From contig CAXRHT010000001.1 in the NCBI GenBank assembly GCA_964230645.1, forward strand, positions 352,001 through 416,000: DNA of 64,000 nt, given 5' to 3'. Shown in pieces: positions 1 through 10,200 of the stretch. A program made the translations under genes and the position numbers. This DNA comes from Bdellovibrionales bacterium. GTDB taxonomy: Bacteria; Bdellovibrionota; Bdellovibrionia; Bdellovibrionales; JAGQZY01. Position 1 is the first letter of the stretch. Each line of letters opens with the position of its first letter. Under the pieces are notes generated by a model. It ran no database searches and was not told the origin of the DNA. It saw nothing but the letters and a program-made list of their open reading frames with translations.

Positions 1-1116
1 ATAAAGAGTGTCGATTTTTTTGGATTCACTTTTTCTGTATATAGTTTCCAGAAACCGACAAAACTCGGAAAACCGCAAAAAGCCCCTCTTTTCAACTTGG
101 TTCTTAATGTTTCTTTCGGTTAAAAACTTTTGATCGTAAGGGTCCTGAACCCTATCCAAATACCATAGATGCACCAGTCCCCAATTTAGATACTCTTCAA
201 AGAGAGCGTTGCCAGAATAGTAATTATCACCTTTGCTCGGAGCTAGCCAAAAATCACGCTTTTCTATGGCATCAGCGATGGCCTCCCTATGGAGGCGGGA
301 AGGTACTGCTAAATATCCATGGTTAATTTCGGTAAAAAGGAGACTTCCTTGCAGCAATCTTAATGATCGATACTTTAACTTTCTCAAGGCTTTTTCTGAG
401 GGTGGGTAGGGAAAATTAACGTGAGCTTGCAGCTCTTTAAAACTATCCCCCTCAAACCATTTTGCTGACTGCCAGCCGTAGACAAGAGGAGAAAATACCA
501 CATTCAAAAAATCAATGTTCTTGTTGGTTTGAAACCTTTGATCCAGCCACTGGCGCATATCTCGAGGATCAATTTCTGTTTTAAAAAATGAAATTTGCTT
601 GCTGTAAACAGTTTTATTTCTTTTGTAAAATTCATCAAAGCGGGTCTCTAAGTAAAAATCAGTCATCTCTTTGGTTAGCTGTTTTAAGCTATTTTCTTTA
701 AGAAAGCCTGTGACCTTATAAACAGGATGACGACCCACTCCTTTGTCTGCAGTGAAAATGAAAGAAAAGGAATCCATCTTCAATGTACTGTAGAGATTGG
801 TCCTCTTCTCAAGGAGGGCATTAAGCTTGAGAACAAATGGGTGCTTATTGAATTGTGAAAAATACTGAATGACATCCTCGTAGTATTTTGAATCTTTATA
901 AACAAGCCAAGAGATGGAGTGGGCATGATCGGTTAGTGCAATGGCTATATTCACCATTTCGTAGATTTCTGGAATTTGAAATTCAATAGTCCCCTTTTTT
1001 TGTTCAATGAAATTGGATGTGTAGATAACCCTCGGAGAGTATTTGCTTAGGCTAACCTTATTGTGGGTGCAGGATGCAACGATCAAGGAAAAACATAAAT
1101 AAACGAAATTTCTCAA
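1..1116 (-). CDS. Putative lipoprotein, DUF4932-like; 3' end runs off the window
   Basis: Not in the ORF track. Hand translation from TTG at 1116 gives MRNFVYLCFSLIVASC (lipobox-like) THNK...IPEIYEMVNIAIAL...FTEINHGY...FEEYLNWG, open to position 1. Confidence 0.7.
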   Translation of the reverse strand, partial: MRNFVYLCFSLIVASCTHNKVSLSKYSPRVIYTSNFIEQKKGTIEFQIPEIYEMVNIAIALTDHAHSISWLVYKDSKYYEDVIQYFSQFNKHPFVLKLNALLEKRTNLYSTLKMDSFSFIFTADKGVGRHPVYKVTGFLKENSLKQLTKEMTDFYLETRFDEFYKRNKTVYSKQISFFKTEIDPRDMRQWLDQRFQTNKNIDFLNVVFSPLVYGWQSAKWFEGDSFKELQAHVNFPYPPSEKALRKLKYRSLRLLQGSLLFTEINHGYLAVPSRLHREAIADAIEKRDFWLAPSKGDNYYSGNALFEEYLNWGLVHLWYLDRVQDPYDQKFLTERNIKNQVEKRGFLRFSEFCRFLETIYRKSESKKIDTLY

Positions 1117-1128
1117 AGGGCCGCCTTG

Positions 1129-1569
1129 CTAAAGAATTTCGAAGTCCTCAGTACGTGGGATAGTTTTTATTTTCTCCTGCAGGACATCTGGAGGAAAAGT
1201 TACTTTTCTTTTGAGCAAGTCAAACCAAGCTCCGGTTATCTCAAGAGTGGCACTCAATTTGCCATCAGAGAGGCGGTAAATCTCATGGAGCATCTCCCAT
1301 TTACGACCATCCTCGCTCAATCCTTTCACCCGAATATTGACCCGCGCTTTGTCTCCGGGAAGAATTTCACTGAGATAGTGAACGTTTTCATTGAAGATAA
1401 TTGGCCCTATTTTAAGTTCGCTAAACTTTTTCATAGTGAACCCCAAACTCTCAAGATAGGCAAAGCGAGTGGCCGCGCATAGATCACCGTAAGCTGTGTG
1501 TCTCATGTGCCCATTGGGGTCTAGGTCCGCCCACCTGATATGAAATTCTTGATTGTAAACTTCCGACAT
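1129..1569 (-). CDS. Acyl-CoA thioesterase (hotdog fold, YbgC/FadM-like)
   Basis: IRWADLDPNGHMRHTAY motif; 146 aa. Confidence 0.85.
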   Translation of the reverse strand: MSEVYNQEFHIRWADLDPNGHMRHTAYGDLCAATRFAYLESLGFTMKKFSELKIGPIIFNENVHYLSEILPGDKARVNIRVKGLSEDGRKWEMLHEIYRLSDGKLSATLEITGAWFDLLKRKVTFPPDVLQEKIKTIPRTEDFEIL

Positions 1570-1572
1570 CCT

Positions 1573-2373
1573 TTACCCCTTGTTGTTTTCCACCACGCAG
1601 GCTGACTTACCCAATTTGCGCCGATGCAGAGCTAACCCATAGGCCCAAAAACCACTCGAGGATTTTAACTTCTCAGCGCGCAGCCATTTTGTTTTCTTCT
1701 TATCGATATTTAACTTTTTATCAAAAACATTGATCACATCAACACTCGGTCCTGACTGCGGTCCTTTGTTTTTTTCAACGAAAAGATCCGGTTCACTTCC
1801 TTCAGGACAAGTCCATTGATAGCGAACGGGTTCATCCCAATATGGGGCGTTCTCAAGCTCGGGGACATTTTTAGCCGTTAGAGCGTCTTTAAACTGCTCA
1901 TCGGTCATAAAAGAAATACGATCAATTCCTAAGGCAATCAGGGTACTAGCCAGAAGAAACTCCTCACCATTTCCCTTTAAGCCTTTGCCAAAAACAACAA
2001 CATGACTGTAAGGCTCCACCCCTTTAAGAGCGAGCAAGCGCTGCAACTCATCGGCTTTGTCACCGAGTCTCTTTCCCGATAGCCCTCTTAAATCCCAATC
2101 CTTCCAATAAGCATAAAAGCTCCGCGGAGGTTTTGACATTTGATGATCAAAGCGAGACCTCACATCAATGATCACCGACTTTTTAAGCTCCACCTTCCCA
2201 TTGACCTGGACTTTCGAGAACACGCGGTCTTCTTGGTCAAGGTCTACCTCAGTGACCTTGGTGGGTTTTTGCTGGCAAGCACTGAGGAAAATAAAAAAGG
2301 CACCTAACATTAAAAAAGCCTTTCTTATGGAGAAAGGCTTTGAATGAAAAAATAAAAGGTCTGTAATCTTCAA
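1573..2373 (-). CDS. Rhodanese-like domain lipoprotein
   Basis: Hydrophobic stretch ending LSAC; VIIDVRS and LALKGV...VVVFG resemble a sulfurtransferase N-terminal domain. Confidence 0.55.
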   Translation of the reverse strand: MKITDLLFFHSKPFSIRKAFLMLGAFFIFLSACQQKPTKVTEVDLDQEDRVFSKVQVNGKVELKKSVIIDVRSRFDHQMSKPPRSFYAYWKDWDLRGLSGKRLGDKADELQRLLALKGVEPYSHVVVFGKGLKGNGEEFLLASTLIALGIDRISFMTDEQFKDALTAKNVPELENAPYWDEPVRYQWTCPEGSEPDLFVEKNKGPQSGPSVDVINVFDKKLNIDKKKTKWLRAEKLKSSSGFWAYGLALHRRKLGKSACVVENNKG

Positions 2374-2381
2374 GAAAGGTC

Positions 2382-3866
2382 CTATTGTTGTTTTTTGTGT
2401 TTCATGGTCGGAAAAAGGAGAATGTCTCTGATGCTAGGACGATCGGTGAGAAGCATTACGATTCGCTCCACGCCAATCCCCACTCCCCCTGTGGGAGGCA
2501 TTCCTACATCGATGGCGTGCATAAAGTCTGAGTCCATTGGCTGAGCCTCTTCGTCCACCACTCTTCTTTCTTCCTGATCCTTTAATCGATTCAATTGGTC
2601 CTCGGGGTCGTTGAGCTCCGTATAGGCATTGCCTATTTCCATGGCCGCACAGATGGGCTCAAACCTTTCCACAAGTCCTTTTTTCTCTCGGTGCATTTTT
2701 GTTAGAGGTGAAACCTCGACAGGAAAATCAATGACAAATGTGGGCTGGATCAATTCACTCTCAGCCGATAGCTCAAAGAGCTCCATAATCATATCACCAC
2801 GCAGTCCTGCTTTTTCCATATCCGAGCCAAGACTTTTACATTTTTTAAAAAGCTCTTCATCGCTGGCGGATTCGGGATCTATACCTGCGTACTCTTTGAC
2901 ACCATCGTAGACGCTCAGTCGTCTCCAAGGCGGTGTAAAATCGATTTCTTTGCCTTGATAAGTCACCTTAGTGTCACCCGTAATTTTACGAGCAAGATGA
3001 GCGACGAGTTCTTCGAACTGGTTCATTTGGTACTCATAGTCAGTATAGGCTTCATACCACTCAAGCATGGTGAATTCAGGGTTATGAGAACGATCAATTC
3101 CTTCGTTACGAAAGTTCTTACCCACTTCATAAACTTTTTCAAAACCACCCACGATTAACCTTTTTAAATAAAGCTCCGGACTGATCTTTAAATAAAGCTT
3201 CATATCGAGAGCTCGGTGATGAGTGGAAAATGGGTAGGCTGCAGCCCCACCATAAATTGGTTGTAAAACTGGAGTTTCAACTTCAAGAAAACCCCGCTCA
3301 TTTAAAAAGCTTCTGATTTCGGCGATAATTTTCGAACGGGTTTCAAAAGTCTTTCGACTCTCAGGGTCCATAATAAGATCGAGATGACGATGACGATACT
3401 TGAGTTCCACATCCTGAATCCCGTGATATTTCTCAGGCAAAGGCTCTAAGCTCTTACAAAGGATTTCAAATTTTTGAGTGTGAAGTGAAAGCTCTCCCTT
3501 TCTTGTTTTAAAAACAAACCCCTCAATACCCACGATGTCGCCGATGTCTATATTTTCAAAAGAAGTCAGCCCCGCTTCATCGAGCTCTGCTTTTTTAAGA
3601 TAACATTGAATGCGACCGGTTTGATCTTGAATGTTGAAAAAGGCGGCTTTCCCCATAGGTCGCTTCGTCATCAAACGGCCAGCGATCTTATACACTTCAC
3701 CTTCTTTTTTATCCCCGGCAGCAAGCCCTGAGTGAAGGTGAACGATTTCTTTGACCTGGGCTGTGCGCTCATAGTTATGGGGAAAAGGATCGATCCCTTT
3801 TTCTCTTAACTCTTTGAGCTTGGCTCTTTTTTCCGCGCGAATGGGGTTTTCCGTATTTTCACTCAT
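2382..3866 (-). CDS. lysS: Lysine--tRNA ligase (class II)
   Basis: FRNEGIDRSHNPEFTMLEWY and GMPPTGGVGIGVERIVM motifs; N-terminal OB fold. Confidence 0.98.
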   Translation of the reverse strand: MSENTENPIRAEKRAKLKELREKGIDPFPHNYERTAQVKEIVHLHSGLAAGDKKEGEVYKIAGRLMTKRPMGKAAFFNIQDQTGRIQCYLKKAELDEAGLTSFENIDIGDIVGIEGFVFKTRKGELSLHTQKFEILCKSLEPLPEKYHGIQDVELKYRHRHLDLIMDPESRKTFETRSKIIAEIRSFLNERGFLEVETPVLQPIYGGAAAYPFSTHHRALDMKLYLKISPELYLKRLIVGGFEKVYEVGKNFRNEGIDRSHNPEFTMLEWYEAYTDYEYQMNQFEELVAHLARKITGDTKVTYQGKEIDFTPPWRRLSVYDGVKEYAGIDPESASDEELFKKCKSLGSDMEKAGLRGDMIMELFELSAESELIQPTFVIDFPVEVSPLTKMHREKKGLVERFEPICAAMEIGNAYTELNDPEDQLNRLKDQEERRVVDEEAQPMDSDFMHAIDVGMPPTGGVGIGVERIVMLLTDRPSIRDILLFPTMKHKKQQ

Positions 3867-3889
3867 AACCTCAACCTTTCTTGGTTTCT

Positions 3890-4813
3890 TTATTGATCTT
3901 TGCCGGTGTAAATATCCATCACTGATTGCAAAAGCTCTATGGCCTCTTTTTTAGGACGCTGAAAAGCATTGCGCCCCATAATACTTCCAAAAGCTCCGCC
4001 TTGCGCCAATTGGCTCACCTCTTCTAAAACGTCTTTAGTTTCTTTGGCGGCTCCTCCACTAAAGATCACAACACGGCGACCATTAAAACAAGACTCCACC
4101 ACGTGACGAGCACGATCGGAAAGTTTTGAAACGGGAATACCTTGTTCTTCATAAACTTTTTTAGCAGCGTCTTGCTCGATGTGGGCTGTGGGTGGTTTTA
4201 CTTTTATAAAGTGAGCCCCCAACTGCGCTGCGATTTGTGCGGCATAGGCAATCACATCAATGGCTGTCTCACCGTCTTTTGAAATTTGCTCACCACGGGC
4301 GTAAGACCAAATCACCACAAGCAGTCCGGCTTCTTTAGCCTTTCTTGCGGCTTCGGCGATCTCTTCGTACATTTGCTTTCTTAAACTACTTCCTGGGTAA
4401 ATGGTAAAACCAATTCCCACACATCCTAATCGAAGAGCATCGTCCACATGAGAAGTCAGCGCCGAACAAGGACCTTCCGGAGAGTAAAGAGTATCAGAAT
4501 TGTTAATTTTTAAGATAAGTGGCAAGTCGCCAGCAAAGTCTCTGGCTACAGCTTCAATAAATCCTAATGGAGCGGCGTAAGCACTGCAGCCAGCTTCCAC
4601 AGCAAGGGAAGCGTGATAGGTCGGATCGTACCCATTGGGGTTTTTTGCAAAACTACGGGCTGGGCCGTGTTCAAAACCCTGATCCACAGGAAGAATCACC
4701 ATTTTCCCTGTTCCACCGAGGCGGCCGTGGTTTAGCACTCGGGCCATGTTGTTTAATACTCCGGGGTTATCGGCCCCGTACCAGCTAAGAATCTCTCTTA
4801 CTCTAGGCGTCAT
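3890..4813 (-). CDS. fbaB: Class I fructose-bisphosphate aldolase (DhnA/FbaB family)
   Basis: ILPVDQGFEHGPARSF, IFSGG, GSIMGRNAFQRP. Start moved to ATG 4813, which has an AAGGAG SD upstream. Confidence 0.9.
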   Translation of the reverse strand: MTPRVREILSWYGADNPGVLNNMARVLNHGRLGGTGKMVILPVDQGFEHGPARSFAKNPNGYDPTYHASLAVEAGCSAYAAPLGFIEAVARDFAGDLPLILKINNSDTLYSPEGPCSALTSHVDDALRLGCVGIGFTIYPGSSLRKQMYEEIAEAARKAKEAGLLVVIWSYARGEQISKDGETAIDVIAYAAQIAAQLGAHFIKVKPPTAHIEQDAAKKVYEEQGIPVSKLSDRARHVVESCFNGRRVVIFSGGAAKETKDVLEEVSQLAQGGAFGSIMGRNAFQRPKKEAIELLQSVMDIYTGKDQ

Positions 4814-4906
4814 ACTCTTTTTCTCCTTAAAACGAATGCTGCCTACACTATTCATTTTGGACTTTGAAATCAAGGGGATAAAGAGCTAGCGAGTGTGGAT
4901 GAGGGC

Positions 4907-5066
4907 CCGTTCCGCGGCTTTTTCTGTGGGATTTTTTTGGAGTGTTTGCGAGATAGGCACAGCTCCTGCTTTGCTGGCATCGCCCTTTGGGCGAGCGCGT
5001 CCCGCTTGCCAGAGCCATATCTCACAAACACTCCAAAAAAATCCCACAGAAAAAGCCGCGGAACGG
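4907..5066. repeat. Long hairpin element: 49-bp inverted arms (1 mismatch) enclosing a GC-rich branched loop
   Basis: 4907-4955 is the reverse complement of 5018-5066. Inner stems are ctggca/tgccag and tcgccc-ttt-gggcga. Confidence 0.9.
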
Positions 5067-5088
5067 TCAAACTTTTGAGCCTATTCTT

Positions 5089-5227
5089 TGTCATTCCTGA
5101 GTGTATTCTTTGCCATTCTGAGCATGCTCCTTGTCATTCTGAGAATAGCGAAGAATCTATCGCCACTGAATTCACGTTATAAATCAAAGCCCTCGGTAAT
5201 AGGTACTTCGCTTCGCTCAGCACGACA
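5089..5227. repeat. TGTC-tagged REP/REPIN-like palindromic repeat (core 5132-5227) with two partial left-end copies
   Basis: TGTCATTCTGAGAATAGCGAAGAATCT...CTTCGCTTCGCTCAGCACGACA; homologous to 37557-37650 and 57732-57826. Confidence 0.85.
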
Positions 5228-5273
5228 GCTGCACTCTTCACTACAAAATGGAGTTTATTTTAAAATATATTTT

Positions 5274-5834
5274 TTAAAAGCTGCGGACTTTTACCATGGC
5301 GCGCTTTAGGGAGAGGATTTCTTCTTTTACAGCGTCCATGAAGTTTTGGGCGAATTTTTCGACGTTGGCGATGCCGAAGTCTGTGAGGCTTGAGGTTTCT
5401 ACTGGGGTGCCGTCGTTGGTGATGTTGATTCCGTAGTGGATGAGGGAAGAGGTTGTTGAACAGGTGGCAATACTGATGTTGAGCTTTTTCTTTCCCCAGT
5501 AGACATCGTCACCGTAGCGTTTCAAGGCAATTTCGGTTTTGGTGAGTTTTTGAATTTCTAAAATGAGGATCTCTCCCATCAATCTCTGTAAGGCAATGGC
5601 ACTTGAAAGCGGAAATTGGAAAAGTTCCATTGAGAAGTGGAGCATGCTGTCGGAAGCGATTTTTGAAAGAGCTCTTAAATCCTCTCCATCAATCATATGC
5701 TCAGGGGTGACTTCACAGGCCCCTTGCCAGGCGACCATAGAATCTCCGAGCACGCCGTGCTCTAAATAATTAAAGAGAGGGGCGAGTTGTTTGCCGGTAT
5801 ATTTCATTGTGTTTTCAAGCCATAGAGTGTGCAT
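5274..5834 (-). CDS. DUF366 family protein (BPL/LplA-like fold)
   Basis: YTGKQL, GDSMVAWQG, DGEDL, QRL, GDDVY, KLNISIAT, IHYGINI, GTPV pattern; lies 11 nt downstream of queC. Confidence 0.75.
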   Translation of the reverse strand: MHTLWLENTMKYTGKQLAPLFNYLEHGVLGDSMVAWQGACEVTPEHMIDGEDLRALSKIASDSMLHFSMELFQFPLSSAIALQRLMGEILILEIQKLTKTEIALKRYGDDVYWGKKKLNISIATCSTTSSLIHYGINITNDGTPVETSSLTDFGIANVEKFAQNFMDAVKEEILSLKRAMVKVRSF

Positions 5835-5845
5835 AAATTAAACCT

Positions 5846-6511
5846 TTAGTTTTGAGCCTTTAAGGCCCTCAAGAATCTTTGACAGGATTCACAGCGTCCA
5901 CAAATCTTATCGCCATTATAGTAACAGGACCAAATCTTTTGCGCATCCACCCCTAATTTCAAAGCCTCTTGCATGATTTCCACTTTTTGCATTTTTTGGG
6001 AAAAACAATGGATTTGAACCCCGTTAGAGGTTGAGAGTTTTAAACAGGCGTTCATCTTTTCAATATACTCTTCACTGTTGTCGGGAAATGTGACCGCCTC
6101 TTCTGCATTAAATCCAGGCACAACAAAGTCGGCTCCCCATTTTTCAGCAAAACAAGCTCCGATGTTTAAAAAAACTCCATTGCGATTAGAGACCCACACC
6201 TTTTCAGCCGAGGCTCTAGAGGCCGCCAAATCATCGATATTGACCTCCTCTGTGGGCACATCTTGACTTGAGGTGAGGGAGCTTTTGTCTTCAGAAAAAA
6301 GACTAGTTATATCAACTATTTCTAGAGATATGTTAAGGTTCCGACTAAAGTCTGTGGCGGCCTTTTTTTCGCTCCCCCAGGCTCGTTGGCCATAGTTAAA
6401 TAGCAAGGCACGCACGTGCCCAGGCCATTTATTTTCAGAGGCATAGAGATTATAAACAGAATCGAGGCCTCCTGAGAGTAAGACCACCGCTTTACAGGTT
6501 TTAGATTTCAT
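5846..6511 (-). CDS. queC: 7-cyano-7-deazaguanine synthase
   Basis: LLSGGLDS PP-loop, YGQR, RNGVFL, FPDNS, and WSCY...CGRCESC Zn motif. Confidence 0.93.
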   Translation of the reverse strand: MKSKTCKAVVLLSGGLDSVYNLYASENKWPGHVRALLFNYGQRAWGSEKKAATDFSRNLNISLEIVDITSLFSEDKSSLTSSQDVPTEEVNIDDLAASRASAEKVWVSNRNGVFLNIGACFAEKWGADFVVPGFNAEEAVTFPDNSEEYIEKMNACLKLSTSNGVQIHCFSQKMQKVEIMQEALKLGVDAQKIWSCYYNGDKICGRCESCQRFLRALKAQN

Positions 6512-6613
6512 ATGTTTGATGTAGTGGGACCCAGGCTAAACCTCAAGTTCAAATTATAGACAATTTCAGGAAATCCCTAGACGCCTCCAATTTCCTTCTC
6601 TATAAAATAGCTT

Positions 6614-7195
6614 ATGCTTTTAAATGCCAATGGTTTTAAGGAGTTCGTGAAAGCAGCCTTTCGCGACCCCCGCAATGTTTCCACTATTTTTCCAAGCCAG
6701 AAGTTTCTGGCCAAAGCCCTTATCCAACACGCTGGAATCAAAAAGGGAGACCACGTTTTAGAGCTTGGCTGTGGAAGTGGAGCTATTACACGCTACATCA
6801 TGGAAAAGAGAGCTCACATTGGAGAGTACACTGGAGTTGAAATCGACGAGGAGCTTGTCGAATACCTCAAGTACACTTTTAAAGGAGAAAAATTTCTCAA
6901 TGTCTCAGCCGACAAGCTTCATGACCAAATTCCTGATGGCTCCATGGACGTAGTGATCTGCTCTTTACCTTGGACACTTTTTGCTGGAAAACTACAAGAG
7001 GGCATCACCGACGAAATCTACCGAGTGCTAAAGCCCGGCGGACGATTCACGACCTATCTTTGCATTCACTCGCTCACCTATCCTGGCGCTCCACGGGCTA
7101 AAAAGATTTTTAAACGCAATTTCTCGGACTTTCAAAAAAGAGAGTCCATTGCAAGAAACATCCCGCCTGCCAACGTTTATCTTGGAATAAAATAA
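6614..7195 (+). CDS. Class I SAM-dependent methyltransferase (PmtA phospholipid N-methyltransferase-like)
   Basis: STIFPSQKFLA, VLELGCGSGAIT, ICSLPW, RNIPPANVY. Confidence 0.8.
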   Translation: MLLNANGFKEFVKAAFRDPRNVSTIFPSQKFLAKALIQHAGIKKGDHVLELGCGSGAITRYIMEKRAHIGEYTGVEIDEELVEYLKYTFKGEKFLNVSADKLHDQIPDGSMDVVICSLPWTLFAGKLQEGITDEIYRVLKPGGRFTTYLCIHSLTYPGAPRAKKIFKRNFSDFQKRESIARNIPPANVYLGIK

Positions 7196-7206
7196 CAACC
7201 TCGGGT

Positions 7207-10200
7207 TTAAATCGATTTTTCCAAGTACCCGCTCGGAGCATTTAATAAAAAGGCCCCTCGGTAGACCAGAGAGCGATAAAATTTGGAAGGTTCAACATGC
7301 TCTTCTTTGTCGATCACTTCGTAGGCTTCTACCTCTTCTTTTTCACCCCAGTCGTTCACTATCGTAATAGGAACTCTTTTATAGGCCCCGAAACCAAGAG
7401 GTCCGCCTTCAATTTTATCGAGCACTTTCAAGTCATCATTGTTCAGAGTGACCACCACTCCGTAAACCTGATCCCCTTTTGACGGGACGATATCCGCGAC
7501 CCCACCCTGTCTTTTTTCAGAGTAGCGCGTATAGGCCAAGCGATAATCATTGAGGCACCCACGCCCATGAACTCGGGCCGAAGGGCAGCGAGTTTTTATC
7601 TGATTGATATCCATGTTCGACCCAAAACAAAAGATCTTGTTATCTCGATTTATGGTGGGCTCACCAAAGCCTCCGCCACCTGGTGTTTCAATCACCAGCC
7701 GATCCTCTTTTTTTACATCAATTTCAAAACACTCTTCGAGTGACTTTCTCTCTCCCCTCTCTTCAACAAAGTTTCTCCCTGTGTGTCCATCAGAGCCACC
7801 TTTAATACCTCGGGGGGCATAATTTCTACTTTGGGATAAAAAACTCACACTCATATTTTCTAGAAAACGTAGTTTTCGAATAAGACCATTGCCCCCTCGG
7901 TTTTTACCCACTCCACCACTGCCATGGCGAACTCCCATCAATTCAATCAATACAGGGTAGCGATTTTCGAAAATTTCTGGATCTGTGAGAAGGGAGTTTG
8001 TCATATTCACTTGAACACTACTGGCTCCAGGCCCAGAAGCCGTCGCCCCACTTCCCCCGCCTAAGGTTTCATAATATTGATAATTATCTGTCCCAAAGGT
8101 CAAATTGTTCATGGTTCCCTGGGAGTGAGCCTTTATGCCAAAGGCTTCAAACAGAAGGTCACAAAGTGACTGTGAGGTTTCTACATTTCCGGCAACGACG
8201 GCTGCCCCTTTTTTAGGATTTAAAAAACAGTCCTCAGGTAATTTTATTTTAATAGACCGAAACAGTCCGTCGTTGAGAGGAAGGCTTTCCTGCACAAGAC
8301 TTCGTAAGACGAACAAGATAGCCGCTTTTAAAACAGGTTTCGGGGCATTAAAGTTGCTTTCTTGCTGGGGACTAGAACCGGTAAAATCAAATAATATTTT
8401 CTCATTATTTTTTTTAAGGCTCAGACAAATCTTTCTCTCTGGAGCCATCTGCTTTTCAACCTGCTGGTCCTTGAGATCTTTTAATTTTTCCGCTAACTTT
8501 TTTTCAGAATAGGAAAGTATCGATTCAATTTGGTTTTCGATTTTCTCAGTTCCATACTGTTCGGTTAAATCCTTTAATTCGGAAAGACCCTTTTGGTTGG
8601 CCGCAATTTTGGCTTTGATGTCAAAAATATTGGAATCAATATTACGAGTGGGATAAGCCCCCTCTGAGAAAAGCTTTCTCAATTTCTCCTCTTGAAATTG
8701 ACCATCATCAACAAGAACTTGCGGAGAAATAACCACGCCCTCTTCACTGAGTTTTTTACTAAAGGCTGGCATGGAGCCTGGACTCACGCCCCCTATATCA
8801 GCATGGTGCCCGCGGCTAGCGACCCACATAAAGACTTTGCCGTCTCTAAAAAAAGGCGTCACCACTGTCACATCCGGAAGGTGAGTCCCGCCAGCAGTAG
8901 GGTCGTTACAGATATAACTATTGCCAGGTTTTATTTCACACTGATCTCTTACCGCTCGCACGGAGTCCCCCATGGATCCTAAATGTACCGGGATATGAGG
9001 AGCGTTTGAAAGCAACTCCCCTTTTGAGTTAAAAAGAGCACATGAAAAGTCGTTTCTCTCTTTAATGTTTACCGACTGAGCTAACTTTTTGAGGCTCACT
9101 CCCATTTGTTCTGCGATAAATTGGAACCTTTGGTAAAAGAGCTCCATCTCTACGGACTCTATACGCTCTGGCTTAGTTTGATCTGGCTTCCCCTGAAACT
9201 CTAGGAACCATTCCCCCTCTTTATTCTTTTTAGCTTTCCAAGCTTCCTCAACAACGATGGTAGTGTTGTTCTCCTCAATTTTAAAAGGACCCTCTTTGGT
9301 TTGATCAACTTCTACTTCTTCTTCATTTGTTGATTCGGTCTTTTTACCCTCTCCTTTTAGAGAAATGGTCTCACAAAGTATTTCCTCTTCTTGATCAATG
9401 CCAAAAACTACTTTCATATGCTCCCTGAAAGATTCTTCGGCCTCAGTTTTATCCTCGGCTTCAATAGGAACGATATAGTCACTGCCTTTAGAATAAAGAA
9501 AATAAGTTCTGAGCCAATGGGTGACTTCGAAACTAGCTTCTCTTCTAATTTCCTGTTTGAGCTTTTCAAAACCTCTTTCAAAAGGTCCTTTCTTTGAGAG
9601 CGCTTGCACAGCCTCCCCCATCCCATAAGCTGAAAGCACACTTGAAAGAGGATGGATAAAAATAGACTTGATCTTCAACCTCTCTGCCACTCGCGTAGCC
9701 ATTTGGCCTCCCGCCCCTCCAAAGCTAACAAGAGTGTAATCACTTGGATCCTGCCCGCGCTCAATCGAAATTTTACGAATAGCCTTGGCCATCGTTTCAA
9801 CAGCAACATCTAAAAAACCTTCAGCCACTTCCTCAGGCGACACCCCAACCTCTTTTGAGAGCTCGTCAAATTTTTCTTTCACGATCTCTTCATCAAGTCC
9901 CTGGTTTTGATCGGACCCAAAAACTTTAGGAAACTGGTCAGGATTCAAACGACCTAAAAACAAATTGGCATCTGTAACCGTCAGTGGACCTCCTTGCCTA
10001 TAGCAGGCCGGTCCTGGATTGGCTCCTGCAGACTCAGGTCCTACTAAAAAACGAGAACCATCATATTTTAAAATCGATCCTCCACCTGCGGCCACAGTAT
10101 GAATATCCACCATAGGGCTTAAAAAATTAAATCCATGAAAATTAGCACGATGCTCAAGATTTATGGCTCCATTACAAAGAGCCACATCTGTACTTGTTCC

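Noticed and set aside
4870..5309. Short ORFs across the hairpin/REP region (also 11228-11509, 11283-11489, 20083-20268, 57562-57843)
   Set aside because: They are translations of palindromic repeat DNA with no recognisable protein features.
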